The position numbers and the translations under genes were made by a program. The notes beneath the pieces were generated by a model. That model did no database searches, had not been told where the DNA came from, and worked only from the letters and a program-made list of their open reading frames with translations. This document shows, piece by piece, positions 53,050 through 64,000 of a stretch of 64,000 nucleotides of DNA. Position 1 is the first letter of the stretch; each line of letters begins with the position of its first letter. The stretch spans positions 434,001-498,000 of the forward strand of contig OY986947.1 in NCBI GenBank assembly GCA_963920595.1, written 5' to 3'. The stretch comes from Eimeria praecox (lineage: Eukaryota).

Positions 53050-56000
53050 AGTTCCTAGACCGCACATTATATGCATGGGCCTCCAGTTCCTCATCGTGCA
53101 CTGAGCAGCAGCGCGCTGTACAACAGCTTTGCATTCTCCTTAAGCATCTGCTGTAGTGATACATATTCATAATCCGCAAGTACGCTGCAGGTGTTATCTG
53201 CCTGCTTAGCAGCATTATGTATACCCGGTCACCTCTTCCAGTTTGTATTGCCGGGTCTCATCTGATCTATACGCAGGGGATCGAAAGCCAGTTTCATCTC
53301 TTCAAGAAGCTGGAAATCATGTAGACAATCAGCAAACCTACACCCCTACACGTTCAAATGACCCTTGCCAACACTAAGCCAGGATGGGCACACCGAAGGC
53401 CGAGATCATTCGTTAATTTTTGCGGATGCATCGCAACAATCCTAGTACCATACACCATGGAACTGCGCGTCTGGTCTGCTACTGCCACTTGTCGTTTGAC
53501 CCCTTTACAACCGCGAAGCAGTTTGCTTACAGCAGTTGAGCCACTGTCAAGTATGACGAAACCATCGCTGCCGAAATGTGCGAGGCCAGGCCATCAGGAT
53601 TTACTCTTGAAAGCAGAGCACAAAGCCTTATCCTATGACGTCATTTCTCCTAAAGCAAACTCCGCATGCGCCTAGCATATCTGGACGCCTCCGCGCACGA
53701 ATACACACCTTAAGTTCAAGGAGATGTAGACAAAGCACACTACAAACAATTCGCCACGGAGCGTGTATTTACCTTACCTCATTGGGGCACGCCCTTCCGC
53801 ACTAGCCGGCGTAGCACCATCCAGCTAAGTTAGCTTTTGCACAGTTCACAGAAAATCTCATCCGTGGCAGAGCTGTTGTCTGGCAGCCGTTACAATCCTG
53901 CGCATGCCAACGGATGATGCAGGCTTTCACATACCTCAATCAGCGCGCAAGCAAAACCGACCCATCTTGCGATCCCATGCCCAGCTGCTGCTGCTAAATG
54001 CCGTATACAGGCGCGCGCTGTTTGGCGCACTTCTGGATGCATGGCAGACGACAGGTTCTGCTGAGCCAGCAGTAGCTACACTAAGTGCCCTTGCCATTCC
54101 TCCAATGCGTACAGCGCAACAATCAATTCCTAAACGATTGCAAATCCATTCAAACCCCACCACCACCCAAACTGTTCTCCTGCAAAGTGAAGAAAATATG
54201 CCGTCCCTCCACTGTGAGGAATGCTTAAGGGAGAGGACCACGCCGCAAAATCGGACGTGCCTGTGCTGCTGACACTTCAGCGAACCTACACGGCACTTAT
54301 CCTCACAAGCCCTCGGCATACTGCTGCCACTCCCGTCCACTGCTTTTCTCCAGACCCTACATGCGTCCACAAATTTTCTACGGCTCCAGCTTATGCCTTA
54401 TCGCCCCTCAGTCCACACATACGAGTGCCTCTGCCCCTCGACCAACCCTTCCGTGCAGCTGTCTCCATGACGATCAAGATGGTTCACACGCAGCAGGACA
54501 GAACCTCTCAGCCCTTGTTACACACATACAGTGGACCTTGCAGCATGCAGGGTTGCACCTTGCATTGGTGCCATGGAGTGGCGTACCTAAACCAAAGGAG
54601 TGTCAAGGGCTTCGCTCGTTCTAACGTACTGCAACTACACACAACTGTCTCGCCCAGCATCTACAGCCCCACAACACATCTTGCCACCTGCTAAAATGCC
54701 CCCAACCCGGCGAAAAAAAGTCGTTCTCGTTTTTGCGTCCCATCCCAATATTCTTCATGCCCACTTCCTGCGCGTAATCAACATTGCTGCAACTCCAACT
54801 GAGACCACTCTGCACTCGCTCCTCAAACCCTCGTCAACAAGCCCCTGGCTGTCCCCATTTGGCCAAGAGCTACGTGCTCAGATTTCAGCGAAACCCTCCT
54901 CAACGCGCATCGAAAATGCTACCTCAATACACTGACCATGCACCCACAAGGTCGCGAACAGACTGCTCATGTGTGCAAACACACACATGACCGCTCGCTC
55001 GCCTAAAGCATTATAGCAACGTTGATGCGTGCAAGACGTTCTAAAATAACTGGGAATAGACTGCTAGTGCCCGATGGGTGCCTTTAGATATTCACAGCCC
55101 TTACCTTCTGCGTATAACGCCACTGTCTACTACTCATGACCCTGCTGCTTTCTCACGTGTTCTTAGCCACCCACTAACGGCCAAAAAGCGCTTCTATGCC
55201 CATCACGTACCTCTCCACTTACTCATCACGCATCAAGTGCTGATGCGAATGGCACGCTTGCTCGAGTGCCAGCAAACGTTCCGTCTCATATCGGTATCCG
55301 TCAGAATGACGTGGCTCACTGACGGGCGCAGTTCGCACGGGAAACGCAAGGTACAAACCGCTCGGAGGCTTCCACTAAACACAGCCACATCAAATTGGTC
55401 ACTCACCCGAAACGTCGGCCCCATAGGCTCCAGGCACACAAAACAGCTCTGCACTGCTCTTAACCCTTCAGTCATCATTGACGCTCGTGCTGCACTGTCA
55501 TTAGCGCTTCTGGGCGTGCGCGGGCAAACAAAACACACTTTCTAACCCAACGTGCTAGCGCTTCAAACATAGCCATTCTCCCTGCATCCCCTGCCACGCA
55601 GCACTTAACTAGCATCATCGCATCCTCTTCTCAAACACTGTAGTTGAATCACTGTCCTTTCATTTCGTATCGCATATTCCTTCGTCGCAGAGTCATCGGC
55701 TCGTTGATGCAAGCATTCTTGTGCGGCACAGTGGCTACTGCAACCTTTGGTACACCTTAAATTGCAGTCCCAGTGGGCAAAACCTGCATAGTGTTTCCAA
55801 CACACCGCCTAATATATCCTTCTCCTTCACGTCTGCTGAACTGGCCCAATTTATGGGAATGGCGCACTTCTTGTCTTTATGTTGTCTTTGTGCTCTCATA
55901 CGATGACGTCAGGCCAGAGTCCCGTGTGCCTATACTCATTTTATCCACAGCCAGTGGCCAGATGGCTTTGCCCCCTCCGCACAGCCATCCGTCAACGGTG

Positions 56001-57830
56001 GCTGCGTTTCTCATTTTCCGGTCGCATACCTCGCCGTCGCCTCACCAGGAGACTTCCGGCCAGACGAAAACACGCATTTCAGCATCAGCAAGCTTTTCGT
56101 CTTCTCAACTTCTTTAGGCTTGGCCACTGATATTGCTGGAGGCTATGTCGCAGGGCACACAAGGCACTGGGCACCGGCGTCCGCAACTGAGCACGAGCCG
56201 CTGATCTGAATTTTTGGCGGCCCTTTAGACCCTACAGCATTCATATCAAATACAGCACAGAGCACGCAATAAAGCATCACTCCTTGTTCGCAAATAATCC
56301 AGCCGTCACGAGCACAAGGGTGGCACTGTGATGCGCGCTATATACCTGGAGATGCAGCGTACTGACATCAATCTTCGGATTGGTGTCATTCCTGTGGGTG
56401 TCACTCCTCCCTCTTCACTACCGGGCGGTAACGTCGCTCTCAGCCCAGCCAGCATTTACAACTCCAACTGCTTCTACAAGCAACCGTGCACTGCCAGTCA
56501 GACTATATTAGGGCAGCGCTCGCCACATCTAGCCTCTCCACCTTTCCTTCCGGTGCCAGTTCAGAATTCCCCGCAATGCACACCAATGCAAAAGCGTTCT
56601 GCGTGTGTTTGCAAGCAAAGACTCTCGGGAGACATGCCAAGATACCTCCTTGTCTTACAAAGCCAGGATTCGTCTACAACTGTGTTGGTACACGAAGACT
56701 GTGCAGCGCAAAATGCATGATCCTGACGGCACAGGGCAAAGCGTGCTTGCTCCAGAAATGCTGAATCGACCCCCAGTCATATCGAGGGGGACAGCAAGTC
56801 CAACAGCGCAAACGAATCAGAGCTCATGAATGCTTCCGTAAACCTCGTATATCCTACCCAGTCCGATGTCTGCCTGTGGTTGCAACGGGAGGCACAGGGG
56901 TCAGTCGAATCCATATTATTTCACCAAAACAACTCAGCTGCAAGAAAGGCTCTCGGCTGCACGCATCCCAATGCGCCACCCACATTCACAGAGTTGGCAT
57001 TACAAAGCCTTTCGTTGATTTGTTCGTCACCCTGCAGGTTCGCGCGAAGGGGCTTGTCCTTTTCCAGCATGTTGGGCGGCACGTGCGCAATGCCGTCAGT
57101 GCACAACGCAGCAATGTTTTTGTTTCCGGCGCCTGCGTACGCAAATAACCTTGCAAAAGCTCACATAACTGCACGCGTTCGCATCTACATCTCCAAATGC
57201 CTCTTGTGGGCCCAAGAGACCTTGTTCAAGGGCGGCCCGTATGACTGCATATTTCGACCGACTAATTCACCATGTAAACAAGCATCGCCAACTGCTGCAG
57301 GCGCGTAGACATTCATAACGTTAGAAAGGGATGCACCGTCGAGAATTACCATTCTAATCACACAAGTATAATGCTCGTTGGCGGTCAGCCTTCACGCACA
57401 AACTGTGCAGTGATGATATAACTCCGTTAACGGACTGCCCGTCCGAGCGTAAAGGCTAGCAGCAATTAGAACGCATTGTAGCGCTGTAGGGAAAACCCAG
57501 CTGAGTCACGCTCAGGTCTTACCAGACTCAGTCACACTGTTACGCAAAGTGCAGGGTGGAATCCTTGGGCGCTGCATGCGGCAAATGCTTGCAGCACCAT
57601 CCAGATCCCTCTATTCGCTCCAAACCAAGCGATGCAGCCATCTCTCGAGAGAGTGGCAGTCCATCTGTGCCTGCTGCTTCCAAACTACAAGGTTTTGCGT
57701 GGTACACCCAAATGCTTGGCCATCTGATCAAAACTTGCTTGATGCGCGGTCGCGCTAAGTAGCTTGCAGGAATTGATGCCAAATCAAACGAATAGTCACG
57801 CATTACAGCATCGGAGTGGCAACTCTGATT
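53050..57830. repeat. Unamplified diverged copy of the A-X-C module series
   Basis: Colinear homology to module A (53050-54100), long X (54120-55830), a second very diverged X remnant (~55960-56470) and module C. Confidence 0.8.
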
Positions 57831-58459
57831 GTTTGGGCAGCAGCTATTCAGGATCCTGCAGCTTAAAACAGCCAGTGTTTCCTCATGAAACAACTCCATG
57901 AAGGGCTAACGATTTGTTTGTCGTTTCTAAAATAATTCCGCTAAGGGAAAACACAGGTGAAAACCAAGCCAAGTCTGGCCCACTTCAACATTTCCACGCA
58001 CTTTAATTGGCACGTCTGCTTTGTATTGAATGAGTAATATTTCAGCAACCTGTATTCAATGCAGCATTCGGAGGCTAGTTCAGGAAACACGGGGATTCCA
58101 AATCCTGAGTCTGCACTTCGCCTCTTTCTGCGTTTAATAAGAAGAGCAGCATGCATTTCACGTACTTTGCCTGATGACGCCGGCAGCTGTGCCCAATAAT
58201 ATGTTCTATTACTAGCACCTTGCGCACATATGCCTCTCCACTTACTAGCTAGATTTCGCAGGAGGGAAAAGCAGCGGTATCGGCTTGCCTGTGGTTTGCC
58301 GGTGTTGCGGCTGGCACATGTTTAGATACAGGTGCACCCTCCAATAGGCAAAGTCTGTATTGCTCGAGCTCTATGTTTCCACCTCGTTCGTTTGTCGATG
58401 TGGTAAGCTGCAGACTACCACAGGCAACACTTAAGATCCCATGCCCGGCTGTGAAATTA

Positions 58460-59330
58460 GGTTTGGTTGTGACAGACCTCAAGGCATCGCCGTTAATTGA
58501 AATCTTCCCAAAACAAGTTCTACGTAAGAATAGACTCTACTCAGAATACGCTGCAAGACGCATTGCCGACTCGCAGAGCATGTCAACAAGCCTTTACTCC
58601 TCAAAGCATCGCGTAGTTAGTTTCTAGCCAAGTATTCGTTTAAATGCATATTTTTAGGGAGCAAAGATCTCAACTTCAAACCAGCGTCTAGTTCATGCTG
58701 GCCCACGCCACAGCTCCAGGGTCCGAGCATTCGAGTTCTAAAAATTGCGATACGATATGCCGACTGATGCCACAGCATTTGAGAGCAAAAGAGGCCAGCA
58801 TTCCAAAGATCGGACAGTACGCAGCCGGACACCGTTAGCTTGTAGCATCTAACGCGATCACCGTCACATATTACAGCAGCGCTCTTAACCAGTTCTACTC
58901 ATTCAATGTGGCTTTACCTCATACCAAATCAAACCGCAAATCCGTCAGTACCATGGAAATCTTGTTTCTTACGGTCCTAGACCCCACGAGGCTCCAACCG
59001 TTGCCAGCTTAAGCTGCTTCCTATTCTAGCCGTCGATACAAGCAGCTTTATCTATCTGCTCCCCCTGAATGGCCGGCTCACTGTATTCAACACGCGCAGC
59101 TTCAAACGACATGCCACTGGGCACTTCCGTAACCGAGTCGTGCTTGTCGCTGTAGTATATTTGCACCTGAAAAGGTGACTTAAGTCCTCAAGATCAATGC
59201 ACACCACCTCGCAAACTTGCACAGAGGATATGGATATGAAACGCTGCACCCAGCAAGTAGCATGGCTTAGTCTGCACGACACAAAATTGCTCTTTACAGA
59301 CAATTGCAACGTCCTTCCCCCACGCCCTGA
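58460..59330 (-). pseudogene. 5'-truncated protein-kinase pseudogene fragment, rhoptry-kinase (ROPK)-like
   Basis: Kinase-like remnants in correct order: SSVQVCEVVCIDLEDL (hinge), VACRLKLRVLN (helix E), frameshifted Q*AGHS...SCLYRR (catalytic-loop region), GN.GASWGLG (DFG region), HIE*VELV (APE region), SDLWNAGLFCSQML (subdomain IX) and LRDALRSKGL. ORFs 59052-59309 and 58617-58832 share one frame. Judged from recalled motifs, not a search. Confidence 0.45.
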
Positions 59331-59389
59331 CGAGCTTATGCTAGTCTAAAATGCGCCTCCCGTTGTCTTTAGTCATTCAGCCCGACAGA

Positions 59390-62300
59390 TGTTCCTCCTG
59401 GCTTGGCTTGGCGCGAAATCGCGTGAAAAAGCATCGCTCCCCCGCCGTGAGTGATCCCCTAGGCCTTGTCGTTTTGGACGCAAGTGCATGGCACATAAAA
59501 GCTCTCGCTTAAAGGAGATGGTGGATGGTGTCAGCGCCATAGCAGTCCAATAGAGTATATCGCTTGCTGCAAAGTTCAGCCTGGTTAGCCGTCAATAGCC
59601 TAAAGGCAAAAGCACTTTGTGCTGGGTGCTTCCAACCTGTCGTGCAAGCCTTTGCCAAAGTGAACACGTAGAATGCTGCTCTTCAGTATTACCAGCAAAT
59701 GAAACATGGGGTGCTGCGCCCAATAGCGTAGAATATGTGGCTAAGGAGTCTGGAATCCTTAGAACGGGGCATAGCGTTTTGACCATTCATGCTCTAAACG
59801 CTCTGCACTAAGCATCTTACACTCTGCTCCAAGCACGCACAGCAAATTACCAACTGAAAGACTTCACACCCGGGTGGCTAGACGCTTTCACTGTGATGGC
59901 CCTGCTTGCCCTGGCAGTAAATTGACATAACCGCCTATATGCTAGAGGGTCTGCCGCTGTCGAATAATGCATTGAGGGAGCACTTTTTGTTGATAACCAC
60001 TTCTTTGGGCTACGCTTTCAGGCTGTACACAGGTGCATGCACAAATGCACGCATATGCGTAGGCGTAGGCAAATATAAAAACAAGGTACCATCGCTTTCC
60101 AAATGCATCAGGCCTGTGCTGTGTACGAGCCGTGAGGGCCACTGTTTGCGTGTTAGTTCCTGCACATTCGCACGTTCCAACTAAGTGAGTGGCCTTACTC
60201 CCTACAATCAATGAGATTGCTTGCCTCCGGTCTGCACTGCCAGCGGCAGTCAGTCTGAAAGGCTCACGTGTTTAGCACCAGAACAGCCTCCCCAGAAGCT
60301 GTTCAGTCGTCTCTTTCTTACACAGCTATCAAATTTGTGGCAGCCTACTTCACGGAGGCAACTAAACCTCTACTGACCTTTTGAACACCGTTGCCCTGAC
60401 AGCTCTCTAGCCTACGTTTGCAGAAACGCAAGCACTTGCAATCCCAAAAGCATCATCCAGTAGTACAGGCAACAATATCACCGTATGCCTGTTGCCTATT
60501 GACACTAGATAAATAGGAGCAGTGCCACTGGCATATCTCCGCCACCAACAAGGCCTTTTCTGCAACTGAAGCCAGAGGCGTCAACTATGCACGCACTAGC
60601 TAAAAGGTAAGCTAGTTACCCCTGTGCTTCAGATGTGAAATCCATGATAACACTTGCCGCAACTTCACAATGCTGTGGCGAGCGGCACAAGATAAAAAGA
60701 GATTGCATTGCGTGCCTCAGTTTTCTTAACGTCATCGCCCATGCTACGCTCAACGTCTATTCGCACTGTGACTGGCTTCCAATTTCTCTAGATTAAATGA
60801 AAAACCCGAACGTTCGTGGGCGGATGCGCCAGCCGAGCATCTAAGCAGCTTTCTTGTTTAAGGACTGCAGACACGTTATCCGGCTGTCACTCAATGATTT
60901 TCCCGAATACAGCTCGTGCGCACGCAAGACTTACAAGCATTCTGCTTAGACCAACCGAAACGATTCACGCATTCCTAGCTTAGCTCAGTCATGGACAGGC
61001 TCTGCTACAGAGAGGGCGCTGGTGGCTCTACTGCTTCACTCAAACTAGCACAACTAATGCCACGGGCCGTCCAATCCACTATGAATCGTTGCGCAGGTTC
61101 ATCGTGCTCACACGCAGAGTCGTGCAGATCCGTGTAGGCATCTTTGCGCGTTCCACTGATACTACGCACGGAAGAAAACCCGGAAGCTTCAACAACTAAT
61201 ACTGCAGCGCAGAGTGCTTGGTAACGCCGAGCCGTCTCATGCATCAAAGGGCGAGTGCTCGTACACTCTGGTCTCGCAGAATCCAACGCTTTCCAACCCA
61301 CAAAAATCATGTGCCCATCCCACCAGCATTTGCAAATGAGACAACTGGTCTTGGCTGTGATTAAGCGGCAATCCAATGCAGTCAGTGCTGGTCCTGCCGT
61401 TCTCGTGCATTGCATCACGTGGCCTGTACTAATTCCACCTACACAAGCATGATATTCACGTACGCTCGCTTTAGAGCATCCGAGCAAATTGAGCCTCTGC
61501 TGCAGTAACTCACTCCACTGAAACACCTGTTGCACTAACAGCGCTGCGCTCCAGCAACTTCTAAAGCAGTACAGGAACAATGCACACCTTGCGATGCACG
61601 CTACGCCACCCGCCTCGGAGCGGTGCGCAGTGTAAACGCATGCCTGGGCGGAAGCATGCACCTCCACGCTGATATACAATATCCTGTCCAGGTCACATAT
61701 ACTACAGACAAAGAACAGTTTCGTACGCTCTGCTCCAGAAGGACGCCGCACTTGCGTTTTCTCGAACTCACGGCAGTTCCCTTGCTATCCTGCTAGACAA
61801 AGAACAGTTTCGTACGCTCTGCTCCAGAAGGACGTGGCACTTGCGTTTTCTCGAACTCACGGCAGTTCCTTTGCTATCCTGCTTCCAAGAAGCGCATCTG
61901 TTCTTCCCAGTCACTCGAGAATGCCGGTATGCGAACCGCAGGGCCCCCAGCATTCACCACGGCGCAGGCGCGGGGATATATGCTGCGCCGTGTGTTGGTG
62001 CTTTGCATTCGCCATGCACTGGTGAACCCTCTACGTATGAATGAACGCAGACTTTGCAGCTTGAACATCCCATATGCACGCAGAGAAACACGTTGTATCA
62101 TACGCCTTTCTGCCTCTCTGTTTGGTCGAAAGCGCATGCTAAACCTGCATATCACCCCAAACCCGAAGAGCAACACCCTTTATAGAAGCAACAGACCTCC
62201 ACCCGCAAAATGCTAGAACAATATAGAACCATCGGCGCACGCGAAACTGAGCGATATCTAGCATAGCCGTAGCGGCAGCCCACCAAGCTGCGCCACTAGC

Positions 62301-64000
62301 CGTGTACTGTGCTGAGAGGAGCTATTGGCACTACCACAGCAGGCGCCACAAAGGTCGCTTAGAATCCATTTGCCCTGTGAACAGCCAGTTGCGTGTGTCT
62401 GTCGCACATCTGCCTAGGTCGCCGAAGCTACAGCCGCTCTGCATCGACGGTTCCACGCTCTTGCATACAGCGCTTAAACGCGCTTCCCGAGCTCTGCATA
62501 CAGCATTCCTCATGTGCTACCGCTAGGGTGACGCAAAACAATCAGCCCACCAAGCGTGTCTCCCAGTTTGGCCCATCATGAAAGCGTGTCAAAGAACATC
62601 GCTTATCCGCAGAGTAGTGATTCCTTATATCTCTCCCCTTTCAGGACACAAACAGATAGGCTATCGGCGCACGGCAAGTGGTGCGTTACGTAGCGGTGCA
62701 ATACCCTGTAGCACTTGTTGTGAAGAGTAGTCAACATGGTCGTAAATCGCGTCAATACAACAGTTTGTGCTAGGTGCTTCAACGCTGCCCCCTGACCTCC
62801 TGCCAGCGCGAACACCAGCATGCTGCCTTCCCGAACTGCCAACATAGGATGCCTACTCGCTCGCATCTACCGAGCATAGCATGCTGCTGCGGCATCTGGA
62901 TCCCCTAAAGCAGCTCATATTGCTTTGCCAAGCCCATTCATGCTGTAATCAGGGTTAAAAACCTTAAACTCTGCGCTGCACGCGCTCAACAAATTGCATG
63001 CTTAGACACTTCATACTATTGCAAGCACATTATTTTTCTGTGAAGATTCTGGCCTTCCTTACGCTCTGTGTCGAACAACCGCATAAATGCCAGGCCAACC
63101 GCTGCCGTCCAATAACGCATTGACGAATCATCTTGTCTTGACGGCCCCTTCACTGTACTCGCTAGTTAGGCCATACACCGGCACTGGTAGAAGAACACGC
63201 TTGCACACGCATACACCGGGATGCGCACACAGAAACATACAAATAAATCAGCAGCCCATTTCAAATGTATCGCGCATGCCCAATATACGAGACGCGAGAA
63301 ACGCTGCTTAGGCCTACGCTCCTGCAAACGCTCGAACGTGGCTCTCCATTTAAGCGCGTGGCCATTCTCCATCTTGCGAAAAGGCTGCAACACAAAACGC
63401 ACTATCAATAAAGTCGCTTTCCCCAAGTCTGCCCTGCCAGCAGCATATAGGTTCAAGGCCTCAACACCACGTTTCATCGCGAAACAGCCTCCTCTCCAGC
63501 TGCACCCTCAGTCATCTCTTCCTTACAGCAAACATCAAATTTATGACTGCCTGCTTCATGACGTTCGTGCGCCTATATTCACAGAACACCGAATCGTTAT
63601 CGTGAGTGCTCTAGCCTACGCTCGCAAAGCCACAAGATCGCGCTATCGACAGCTCTGATACCCTGCACCAAGTGCGCTGACACGAGCGTCAGCGCGCATT
63701 TGGCGGTACCCTATGCAGCACCAACTCTTCCCAAACCCAGATGAGCAGCACAAGCAACCTCGCCGCATTTGCTTAGTCGCTCAGGCCTGTGCCAAATGCG
63801 TAGAAAGAGCGGCATTAGCCTTTCGCCTGGATCTACAAGCCATCGCTTCTACTGAAGGCAAAGGCGCAGAGTATGCACGCACTAGCTAAAAGAGAAGCTA
63901 TCTGCTTCTTTGTGTCACCCCATCCGGCATGCTTAACATTCGCTTGCACCGCCGTAATCTTGATAATTAATTGTACTAAGTGCCCCATGCAATGCGGGAA
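59390..64000. repeat. Further Y monomers, including a third, more diverged copy of the 5.8-kb unit
   Basis: 60930-63140 matches 38800-40926 and 63140-64000 matches 35101-35965. 59390-60900 is a more diverged Y segment. Confidence 0.93.
61706..61883. repeat. 89-bp tandem duplication private to this Y copy
   Basis: AGACAAAGAACAGTTTCGTACGCTCTGCTCCAGAAGGACG...GCTATCCTGCT at 61706 and 61795; single copy at ~39580 and ~45400. Confidence 0.93.

Overview
Eukaryotic, gene-poor DNA, most likely from an Eimeria-like coccidian. This taxon call is inferred from interstitial CCCTAAA repeats, Ty3/Gypsy relics, a rhoptry-kinase-like remnant and signal-peptide/TM/RxL exons. The window has two domains. (1) 1-12.5 kb: the apparently intact first exon of a secreted or membrane protein gene running off the left edge (absent from the ORF track), two probable decayed paralogues, and dead Ty3/Gypsy retrotransposon fragments in both orientations. 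One fragment is split by a TA microsatellite and another by a ~630-bp degenerate telomere-like tract inside its protease. (2) 12.5-64 kb: an apparently non-coding, C/A-skewed macrosatellite domain built from a few ~1-3.5 kb modules. It contains a 17.3-copy 1,099-bp array, a 1,390-bp array, a 5.8-kb higher-order dimer and older diverged copies of the same modules, plus one embedded kinase pseudogene fragment. Nearly all ORFs in the supplied track appear spurious. No rRNA, tRNA or CRISPR features are supportable. All translations and alignments were done by eye, so the boundaries of degenerate features are approximate.
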